50,267 bases of DNA from Craspedostauros australis (lineage: Eukaryota): the NCBI GenBank assembly GCA_030167865.1, contig JALAGF010005359.1, positions 1-50,267 on the forward strand, read 5' to 3'. The translations under genes and the position numbers were made by a program. The notes under the pieces are model-generated. The model saw only the letters and a list, made by a program, of their open reading frames with translations, made no database searches and was not told the DNA's origin. Below, piece after piece: positions 36,503-46,395 of this stretch (the first letter of the stretch is position 1; every line of letters starts with the position of its first letter).

Positions 36503-39500
36503 TTAGACTTCCGGTACTTCGTACTGGAAGAGATGCATGAGCTCCGGATCCAGCGCTTCCGAGGCCAGCTTCATGTCCTCCTTCGTCATCGACGCAAACC
36601 GCTTTGCGTCGCTGCCGTATTTTATCATGCCCGTGATGAGATTTGTCTGCTTGTATTGTTGATGGCCTGAACGAGGATGGATGGTAAGAAACGTCATTGT
36701 CGTGTCGTTGCGTGCATGTGGGTGGCGTGCGATTCGGGTCGAGCGGAACGTTCACAAGGGACAGTGATCATCGTGACCATGGTGACCATGACCACGAGCA
36801 GGAACATGGCACCGATAGTGTTGGCATTGGCGATCGTGTACGGTGCCGATTCGCGTTTGGGGGTCATGGTCGGTCATGTTTTGAGAGAGAAACGGTGATG
36901 CAATGGGCGCATTCCGATACCAACCATGTCAATTGTGAGTTCACAAACAAAGAGCAGTGCGTGAGACGTCGTGCGATGCGATATCCCTTTCGAAGCTGCA
37001 CTGATGGTCGCGATCATCCCAACTGGTGCGGACATGCTGCCAATGGCAGTGATGGCAAAATCACCTCGCACTTCACTTGGCATCTCAGTGATTGATGTCG
37101 CAAGCACCACGCACTGCAGAACTTACCATTGCCCCATTTTGCAGAATCCACGATGTACGTGAACTTATCATTCGGATCCTTTGCCACGGCTCCGGCGCAT
37201 TGGCAGATGACATCGATCATCTCGCGCGCGTGAAATTGCAAATCTTCAAAGCGCACCATCAGCCGCGGATAATCCGCATTGTAATACTCCCTGTTCCACT
37301 GCGACCAGAGATGCGCCAGCGATTCAAACTCTTCCGCTCCACCGTTGAAGTTCACCTTGACGCGTGATGTGCTGTCGCCGCGATTCCTGTCACCGTCGGC
37401 GGGCACCAGGTTGGGACAGTGCTTGGCTGTGTGCGGCCAGTGCGCGGCGTATGGGTGCTTGCACTGTACCCGTATCATTTGAAGATGGGAGTGTGAACGT
37501 GAGGCCATGTCGGCGCAATCAGTCAATGTGAGCGGGGAGCGAGCGGGTGAAGCATTTCCACCAATGACTGCGGAGGTAACAGAACACGATGACGTCGAAG
37601 TTGACGGCGGCGAAAATGGCAGCGGCAATGGCAATCAATTGTTGGGTCACACGGTGACAGCCCCAAACAACCAACAAAGAGAGATGATACGTCGCATTCT
37701 TGATGGAGTACAGATAATGACGGCGTCACCAGCACTGTCAGCACCGATCAGTGGACGGCGAAGCAAAAAAGAAAACGACCACATAAACGACCAGGGTTGC
37801 TGTGGGATTCGATGTTTCATGGAACGTACCACTGTTCAAGCGTGGGGACGAATCGACGTGTGAAATAGCATGTGAGGGACGTAAAAGGGGGGTTAGAGAA
37901 TGCCGAAATCGAGGTGATGGATGATCATCTTGCAATGAATAAGACTGGAACAAACGGGGAATCATGCCACGTCCACCCGCACAATAGTCCACGCCAAACG
38001 TCTTGGTATGCAATTTTAGCATCACATCATCCATGCGAGTGCATGCAAACGCCCATGTGCAAAGCTGGGAGGTGACTAGCAAAGCCCCACCTCGCAACAC
38101 CCCAATGCAGTTGAACTCACTCGATTGCATCCAAGAGTATGGATCTCGTACAAGGACCACCGGCAGAACGTTGGTTTTGTTGACCTTGAAGTCATGCGAA
38201 GCCGTATTCGTCCACTTCCTCGATGCCAGCATGTGCTTGCCTGTTGCACGCCACCGCGTCGTTCGCAGTGGATTGAGCGGTGACGTGTATGGAAGCGGTT
38301 TACAATGTTTGATGACCATCAGTTACGACCGAGTTGTGTCAGGATCGGATTTGGTGAGCAATGGTGTGAGTTTCGTCCAAAGCGCTGGTGTTCGTGCTGT
38401 CGCTGCTGCCATCACCATCGTCATCATCGTCGTCGTCGCCATTTTTCATCGCTGAATGGATTGTTGCCCATCACTTTCGATACGTCGATTCATAGATAGG
38501 ATCAAGAGAATCGATCAAGCAGTGATCACCGTTCCCGTCACATGATGATGCTGTGCTATGGCATAGCACAGCATCAACATACAAGTACGCACTGCATTGC
38601 CGACGATTGGCATTTCACGATGCAACAAAGCGAGCAACGATAGAGTACGACACCTCATCGCAATGCAACACATCGCAATACAGTCTTCCCATGCCACTCA
38701 ACTCACCCCATGGGACTTGAAACCTCATGCCACCATGCGAGTCGTGCGTGTTGTGGGGCATGACGCAATTCGCTTCGATGTACATGTTGAATGGATTCGT
38801 GCCCGTGTTGAACATGCCTGCAGTCCCAATCGATGCATCGTCCAAAGTCGCGGTGTCACGGAACTCCTGACATCGCTCCAATCCCAGCACCACAGGTCCA
38901 TCGCCGTAGAGCTTCGTGACCGATGACCATTTCGGCAGCGTGAGGATCGTATCCACGTCCATCTCGGCGACTCCAGCTTCGTTGAGGATGTTGATGATCT
39001 CTTCACGACCCTGGATAGCCTCTTCGCGTGTGACGCCTGACGCATCAGCACCTCCGGCACCGACGAATTCACCCAAATCTCCCTTGTTGACGGACTTGAT
39101 GGCATGGTGCACCACCTTGCCGGTCCGCTTCAGCACCTGCTCGCCCTCCGTTTGGCCAGAGGTTTTGAACAGCGACCTGGCTGGATCGATGTGCACCGTC
39201 GATACACCCCGCACAGGTTCTGCGGCGCTTCCAGACGCGATGCCAGTATTCGCACCACCCACGGCCTTGTTCGTCGCCACGCTGTGGCTCTTGTAAAAGA
39301 CGAGCAGCTGCAGCACGAATGCGCCTCCGAACACGGCGTAAATGACGGTGGACAGCCGCGTTGGCTTCTTGGCGCCCTTGTTGCTGTTCTTCTTCGGGAC
39401 GGCAAACAGCGACTGCCGTGGGCGTCGCAGCGCAGCTGTGGGAGGTGGTGGGGAGGACACCCCGTTGGTCCATTTGGCCATCGACATGTTGCGGAAGCCG

Positions 39501-39505
39501 CTCAT
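36503..39505 (-). CDS. Type II membrane sulfotransferase-like protein, five-exon paralogue including a predicted 2-nt microexon
   Basis: Exons are 39505-38707, 38240-38121, 37831-37830, 37463-37127 and 36666-36503. The product has a TM, AGMFNTGTN, FQVPWG|KH, VRDPYSWMQS-M-CKHPY, SLAHLW, MVRFEDL and YIVDSAK, and is colinear with the 29836-31083 paralogue. An alternative upstream ATG lies at 39709. Confidence 0.85.
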
Positions 39506-39544
39506 CGTTGCGTTGCTGGTCTCTGCGGCCTTCGCTCTATGGCA

Positions 39545-39590
39545 CTTGACGTTGCTTGACGTTGCTTGACGGTACTTGACGTTGCTTGGC
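39545..39590. repeat. 10-bp tandem repeat (CTTGACGTTG, about 4.5 copies) immediately upstream of the sulfotransferase-like ATG
   Basis: cttgacgttg cttgacgttg cttgacggta cttgacgttg cttggc. Confidence 0.85.
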
Positions 39591-40120
39591 ACGGTCGTCC
39601 TCGTTCCGACCAGGTCAATGGAGACGCAGCTGTCAATCCAGCAGAGGATACTACTACTCGTGGAGTGGTTTGAGATGTCGCCACTCAGTTTGTCTGCGAT
39701 GGTTGGCATCAGTTGTCCACGCTATCCACGCTGTGGTTGTTTCCTGAGAAGCGTTGTCTCAGTTTCTCTTCTTGTGTTTTGGTCTTTTTCTTCCCCTGAA
39801 GCTGAGTCGTATGGGTCATAAATGACCTACTTTGAACAACATAGCGTGTCACAAACATGCATCAGCAGAGTACCACTGCGTCACAAGCGAGGTTTGCGGG
39901 TTCTTGGTTTTGGAAATTTGAGATTGCTATTGGTATGGCACGAGCTGGAGAGGAGCCTTTTTCGTTGTTAACTGCGTGCCTGCTCTGCCTTTCTCGCCCT
40001 AAATTGTTTCCACGTATAATATAACTGTGCAGAGAGGGTTGATGGTCTTGGAGTAGTGAAGCTTCGTGTCCTCTTGCAACTCATCGCTCACTCACTCTTT
40101 CTCTCGCTCTCTGTGTCTCT

Positions 40121-41842
40121 TTAGTGGCACATCACCCACTCTTCAGGGTCGGGGATCTCGACCCATTCGTTGGCGTACTTCTTGCTGCCCTCCTTAATAT
40201 CGACCCATTCCAACCTCTCCTTCAGCTCCTTGATCATCAGGTCGGTTCGCTCCTTCGCGGCGCAGCGGATCTTCATCTCATTGACGACGTGCTTGTGCAG
40301 CAATTCGGCGAGGACCGCCGCGACGTTCGTGCCATGCTCATGGCGAGCGCTGTGCATGTGCATAAGATCCTGGACCATGAGCTGTCGCAGCTCGATCGTT
40401 TCGATCTCGTCCATGCGCTCTCTCAGCTCCCGCAGCACCCTCGCGGTCTTGGCCTGGTAGGTCTCCTTGTCGCGAGAGCGTTGGTTCAGCTCCTTCACGA
40501 GGAACAGCTTCGTCAGTTCTTGGGTGAGGCGGCGGTAGTTGCCCACGAATTCAGAGCGCGCGTCGGACACCTCCTTCAGCTCCGCGATGACCCACTCCAT
40601 GACCATCTCGCGCAGCAGCTCGTCGGTGCGCCGGCGCATGGTCTCCTGGGCGTGGAAGCGCTCCATGAGCTCTCGCGACACCTTCTGGCGGTGGCGCTGC
40701 ACGCAGAATCGGCTGAAGGTGGTCTTGGAGATCTCCTGCAGGACCAGCTGGCGCGTGAACTCCGTCAGGACCTGCGCGATCTTCTTTCGGGTCTCCTCCT
40801 GCGCCTCGGAGCGGTCGTGAATCTCGCGCACCAGGAACTTCTTCATGAGCTCCGCAAGGACGCTGTGCACCTTCGCCTTCTTCTCCTTGCGCGCCTTGTT
40901 CTTGCGGCACACCTCGCGCACGAGAAGTCGCTGCACAAGCTCCACGAGGACGGCGTCGTTCTTTCTGTGCACCTTGACCATGGAATGGACGCGGAGACGG
41001 AGCTCGTCCAGCACGTTGTCCATGCTTCCCTGGTGCATGGTGGCTTGCGCCATCACCTGCTGGGTGCGGTCCAGCGCTGCCTTCTCTTGGGTGTCCTTGA
41101 GGAGCTGATCGCGGTTGTAGCCGCGGTTGCGGACGTTCTGATTGAACTGCTTCGTGACGCGACGGGGGGCGCGGGTCTTGGTGCGGCGGACGGCCTTGAT
41201 TTTCATGCCACCATGGCGGATGTTGCGCATCTTCATGTCGGACTTGATGCGCTTCCACATGATCTGGACTTCCTTCGGCTCGGTCTTGATGCGTCGCCAC
41301 ATGATGTCCATCTCCTCCTGATCAGCGTCGGTATCGGCATGGGCGCCGTTGGTCATGCCCATCATGGTCGCGACATTGGCGTTTGTGCTCATGCCTGCCA
41401 TCCTCATGTTTTTATGAGTTGAAACTGTTGCCGTTGCTGCTGCGGGTACTGGTGCAGTGTCTGGATGGGCAAGGCCCTTGTGGCCGGTGCAGCTAAGATT
41501 GCGCATGCCCGTGAAGAGATCGCCGAAATCGGAGGACACCATCGGAGACGTGGTTCCCTTGAAGGCGTTCGAAAGCACGTCACCGAACTCCTGGAGCACC
41601 TCCTGGCGGACTTGTCGCTGCTCCTTGCGCACCTGGTGCACGTTTGCGATGTGATGCTCCAGCAACGCAATCTCCAATTCACGTCTCACGAGCTGCTGGT
41701 TGGATTCCTTCTCCAGCTGGCGGAGTTCAGAGGTGAGACGGTCGATGGTGACGTCAACGGCGACGTCAACTGCGCTGGCATGGGGTGTCATGTTGCTCTT
41801 GCTCTTCCTGTTGTTCTTCCTGTTGATCTTCATGGATGGCAT
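40121..41842 (-). CDS. Uncharacterised coiled-coil protein with about 30-aa helical repeats and C-terminal WVxI motifs
   Basis: Long intronless ORF with strongly GC-rich third positions. First ATG is at 41842. It is E/R/K/L-rich with repeats of VLxELxxxxLVxEI. Confidence 0.85.
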   Translation of the reverse strand: MPSMKINRKNNRKSKSNMTPHASAVDVAVDVTIDRLTSELRQLEKESNQQLVRRELEIALLEHHIANVHQVRKEQRQVRQEVLQEFGDVLSNAFKGTTSPMVSSDFGDLFTGMRNLSCTGHKGLAHPDTAPVPAAATATVSTHKNMRMAGMSTNANVATMMGMTNGAHADTDADQEEMDIMWRRIKTEPKEVQIMWKRIKSDMKMRNIRHGGMKIKAVRRTKTRAPRRVTKQFNQNVRNRGYNRDQLLKDTQEKAALDRTQQVMAQATMHQGSMDNVLDELRLRVHSMVKVHRKNDAVLVELVQRLLVREVCRKNKARKEKKAKVHSVLAELMKKFLVREIHDRSEAQEETRKKIAQVLTEFTRQLVLQEISKTTFSRFCVQRHRQKVSRELMERFHAQETMRRRTDELLREMVMEWVIAELKEVSDARSEFVGNYRRLTQELTKLFLVKELNQRSRDKETYQAKTARVLRELRERMDEIETIELRQLMVQDLMHMHSARHEHGTNVAAVLAELLHKHVVNEMKIRCAAKERTDLMIKELKERLEWVDIKEGSKKYANEWVEIPDPEEWVMCH

Positions 41843-44800
41843 CTTGGTTTGTGTTGGCCGTGTTCGATCGTACGTGTATGATTCAATCCTTCCTCTTCTG
41901 TTCTTTTTCTGTGCAAGTTCTGTCACGTGATGTAATCTATTATAATAGAGTAGAATATAATATCAGTTCGCAGGTTGGAGAGGGGGTACGGACAGAGAAA
42001 GAAGAGATGGTATTGTATTGTGTGCTTTCTGGCTGATGTGTCGTGATTGGTGTGTTTGTTCGGTTGTTTGTGTGGCGTTGGTACAACTCCCATACAATGC
42101 TGGTCGGAATCGAGTACGTTTGGGAAATCAATGAGAAAGAAATTGTGAGTTGTTGACGCCAACGAGTGACAACTGATGGGTTTGTGCATGTGCGTGTTTG
42201 GTGTGGGTGCCCCACTGGCGCCAGGAATGGTTCAAACACTGGGAGGTTGCGAGGATGAAGCGTTTGCGCAAACGGAATCGAACTCGGGCGTCGCCGATAC
42301 ACGCACAACGCGTTGCCCAAAGGGTGAGCACAAACGATCCCGCGTGGAAGAGGTGACACCAATGCTCGCCAGACACCAACCAACTGGAGAAGAGAGTGAC
42401 ACACACATACACACGCATACACACGTGCACAGAGAGACAGACAAAGAGAGAGAGAAAGAGAGACCGAAAAAATAAAGCCGCAACCAATCCGAAACCAACA
42501 TCAAACCTGCAACCGTACTAATACTCCACGAGTACCATACCATACCTCGTCCGTTATTCTGGAGAGCATTGGCAGAACACATTGGGACGCAAACAGCAAT
42601 AGCCATGCCCTCCAAACGACGATCAACAGAACCCCAGAACACCCAAACACCAATGAGCAATAACCAATGATTCGGAGTATGTTAATCTGTTGCTGGGAAC
42701 GGACCTAAATCGACGAACACGAACAACAGCTCCTTGGTTGGCCTTCATGACGGGGTCGGACTTCTGCGGCGCCATTTTTCTTTGACACCTCCTTCCACAC
42801 AAGCGCCCAGCGTCTCTCAAGGATAAAACGCGAGGCGGAGATGTCACACATGTTCCTTCCTCGTTGTCCTTCTGATCTCTCTGCGGCAGAGTATTGGTGT
42901 TTCATTTGGTCGCATAATAGCAGTATGAGGAGGACATACACAACAGAGTAAATCCTTGCAACGGCCGTACTCGTAGTCGTGCTTTGTTGCCTCCGGCGAC
43001 TTGCGCGTTCTGTGTTGCAAGAAGGAACGAAGAAATAGAACCACATCATGAGACAAAATGTGGCACCCGTGACACATCAACTCGTCCCATCAAGCCGGCC
43101 AACCTGCATTCCGTTGCTTGCATGCGCCGCCGTGATCCGTGTCCGTGCTTGGAATTGCCGCCATGGTTAATTCAACATGAATCAATACCACGACCATGTC
43201 ACCGCGACAGGAAAAATGAAGCCCGAACACATGTCGATCGGACTTTTTCCACATGCTTCTGGCGAAAAGAGCCGTTGCTGTTGTTCTTCATCTCCGCTTT
43301 CCGAAGTTCTCGTTGATGTTCTGTTCGGACCGACTGAAGGCAAGACGCACTAATTGCTCTTTTAAATCAGTTTACGATTTCAATCCCGTTAAAACATCTA
43401 AGGAGTTAATCGTGGAACGAATCGATGATACGTGGAGTAAGAGTGGAGTATATTAATAAATGGTATATCTATCTTGGTTCACGACGAAACAAGCTAGGGA
43501 CTGGATACTGCGCAACAGTTTTCGACGAACAATCGTTTGAAATTACGGACATATATCCGTTTAATATACGGACAGTATATATGTCTGTCAATATGTCAGT
43601 GTGTTTGACAAGACTCGTCCCATCGCAAGACCACCAAGCTGACTTTGCATCATGATGCGTTTGTTCTCCATCCGTTGTCCACTACTGTCAATCCAATACT
43701 CAAGATGTTTGAATAGGGCTTGTATGACACAGGGGACCACTGCAAAAGTAGGATAAACGCAGCCGGAACGACGCGCTCCATCTGATCTTTCACACACTCC
43801 TCCTCGACCACAATCTGCCCCGAACCTAAGGCGCTACCTGCATACGTAGAGACCACGTACGTGTACACAACTACTATAGACTCTATCAGCAGATTATTGA
43901 TACTTCGCACACTCTTCTCCAGCACTTTCTATGCCCTGAATTGACAGAACGCAGCGGACATGATAAGCCACATGTGTCGCATCGTCTTACAAGCTCCCAC
44001 AGCTCCCCATCTACGTACGATTGTCCGTCCCCCAAGAGAGGCCAATCTCTTTGCGCTACCGCAGAACATGGGGACTCCGCGCGTTTCAGGGCTAAAAAGA
44101 GCAGCCACATTCGTAGACTCAGGCGCACCACCCTTGGTGGAACGGATGGACTGGTCAACCAACCCAACCCAAACCACATGCTCTTCCTCCCCCCGCCACG
44201 AAGACAGATGCGCATTCCCGCCACCTCCACCATATGCCATGGTACATCCCAGTACGAGTATGGTCAAAATCCGGCAACACAAACAGATGGCATTGACATC
44301 CCTGCGAACTCTCAAACCCAGCCCAACAATGCAAGGTGCATCAAGACCACAGACGAAAGCAGGGCCTTGGTATGTTGGCGTAATTTTATCGCGACGAAGG
44401 AATGGTAGTGCCAATGAGTAGAGCTAGAATAACATTCCATAGCATATTATGCACGCGAGAGAGGCGTAAACATCTGGGTGCACTGCGGACATGATACAAC
44501 TGCTCTGCCATACTCTTCAGCGTTTCGGTGTAGATCGTACCCAATCCACACGACGCGAACATGACTGCATCTCTCTGTGGAGAGGCAACCATCGATAGAA
44601 CCAAGTACTCTCCAGAGTAACTCAGTGGTAGTAGCTGGTGTAAGAGGACTCGACTTGCAGAGAAGGAGCAAAACAGTCGTCTGTACGGGTGGTTGTGGTT
44701 TACGGTCGTCTTTGTGCTAAATCGCATCGCCATCTTACCTATCCAATCCTACGACTGGGAGGGCTGTTGGTGTGACGGGATGTTCAAGGGATTGAGGCCT

Positions 44801-44928
44801 GCACCGATGGCACGGGCTGTGCGGTTCCTCCCTGACAATCTCGTTCCCGAGACGACTCGTATCACCGCCACTTTCGCTACGCTTCCCAATCGAGTGGCTC
44901 CAGAAATGAATCTATCCATTGCGTGGGT

Positions 44929-46395
44929 TCATATCTGCCCAAGCCCGAAGCTGACAGATGAGTCAACGAATGGATCTGACACTCTCGTCGATGCTTCCGG
45001 GGATGTGAATGCTGCTGCTGTCTGCGCCAAGGGGCTCGAATACTGTGCACTCTGCACGTCCATCTGTGGAGACATGCTCTCGATCAGATTGACGTTCAAA
45101 AATGAGAGCGTGGATAGACTCATTCGTCTTGCTGACTTGTTCATCATGTGCTCTATGGGTCGTGGCTCCATGAAAGTAGAGAATGGTGAGTCCACCCCCC
45201 TAGCGGCACAGTCGGGGCCAGCCAACGCTCTGAAGGGGGTGGTACCGACAGAACTCACGAAGTGAAGACTCGAACTTCGCACGCCAGAACTATCTGCACC
45301 ATTCGTGGAACCTCCAACGAATGGGTCGATCCGCTGGACTTGATTGTGCGGGATACCTTCGGCGACTTTGGCTGTCGTTGGCAGAGAATGAGACACTTTA
45401 GTCCCAGCGCTTGTCTGCAAGTAATGTTGCTCTGGTCGTTGGTGTTGGAGAAGCTTCGATTGGTCGGCCTGCTGCATTAACTCACACAGCAGGCTGCCCG
45501 CATTCGGCAGCGAGTCCCTGCCAAAACCGAACAAGAGCTTGCTCGGCGCTTGGATGCTCTCGTCCGTATTGCCTATCTTTTTCATTCCTGCTCCGCTTCG
45601 GCCTCCTTGCCGCGGGACGGGCGAAATCTCTCTATGACTCGTCGTCACATCTGCGAAGACTTCATCCCCTGTGCCGGACGAGTCCAGCTGCTCGATTGGT
45701 TGCGTGCACCCGCTGTTGGCTTTAACTCTGCTCGAGTTCCCTGCCAATTCCATCATGGTCTTGAGGTGCGAGGTGACCAATTCGGTGTTCTCTCTACGGC
45801 AGCGCTCGAACCTGGGGTGGATCCCGACCCCCTTGGTGTATCTCACCGCAGTGCCGAGGGGCGATGTTTGCCCTGCACCAGGAAGTCGTCGCGAATTCGG
45901 CTCTCTTCGATGCTGCGTATCCACATCGCTGCTGAACGCGGTTGTCGGATTGGTGGCATCCCTCTTTTGAGCGTCGTCGGTGCTGACGTGCAAACCCTTG
46001 GAGAAGCAGATATCCGCGCTCAGCTTCCCCTTGATCTTCTGCCGTGTCATCTGCTCGCAGAGATCAGGATGTCCCTTGAGGAAGCAATCGTGTGTGTAGC
46101 CCCCTCGGTATGGACCATGCAGGACTCGATGGAAGCCCCACAGATTAAGCTGCCGCTGGAAGCTCTTGAGCTTGGTTTGGTTGAAATAGTGCGCCATGAT
46201 GCCATTGACAAACTCCTGTGGTAGATGAACGCGGAAACCGTTGCCACGAGGGAGCCATGAGATGATGTGCTCCAACCCCTTGCGCTCTACATCTGCCAGC
46301 ATCAGATGCACCTTCCATGGGAACTGCAGTTTGCTGTGGTCGAACGTGACGCCATCGTTGGCTGTCATCAGGACTCCGCCCGTTGCTCCTGACAT
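44929..46395 (-). CDS. Heat-shock transcription factor (HSF-type DNA-binding domain)
   Basis: FPWKVHLML...IISWLPRGNGFRVH...YFNQTKLKSFQRQLNLWGF...GGYTHDCFLKG, followed by a disordered C-terminus. Confidence 0.92.
   Translation of the reverse strand: MSGATGGVLMTANDGVTFDHSKLQFPWKVHLMLADVERKGLEHIISWLPRGNGFRVHLPQEFVNGIMAHYFNQTKLKSFQRQLNLWGFHRVLHGPYRGGYTHDCFLKGHPDLCEQMTRQKIKGKLSADICFSKGLHVSTDDAQKRDATNPTTAFSSDVDTQHRREPNSRRLPGAGQTSPLGTAVRYTKGVGIHPRFERCRRENTELVTSHLKTMMELAGNSSRVKANSGCTQPIEQLDSSGTGDEVFADVTTSHREISPVPRQGGRSGAGMKKIGNTDESIQAPSKLLFGFGRDSLPNAGSLLCELMQQADQSKLLQHQRPEQHYLQTSAGTKVSHSLPTTAKVAEGIPHNQVQRIDPFVGGSTNGADSSGVRSSSLHFVSSVGTTPFRALAGPDCAARGVDSPFSTFMEPRPIEHMMNKSARRMSLSTLSFLNVNLIESMSPQMDVQSAQYSSPLAQTAAAFTSPEASTRVSDPFVDSSVSFGLGQI

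Noticed and set aside
16424..39505. Sulfation gene cluster (SulP, Golgi 7TM and sulfotransferases)
   Set aside because: The genes are interspersed with unrelated ones, and the SulP looks vacuolar. Co-location is plausibly chance without synteny or co-expression data.
40124..41422. 432-aa antisense ORF, and similar antisense ORFs at 21371-22579, 30076-30963 and 25321-25974
   Set aside because: These are shadows of GC3-rich coding on the opposite strand and show no protein-like motifs.
42000..44900. Short ORFs and an AT-rich patch (about 43340-43600)
   Set aside because: I could not support a gene, TIR or RNA structure here.
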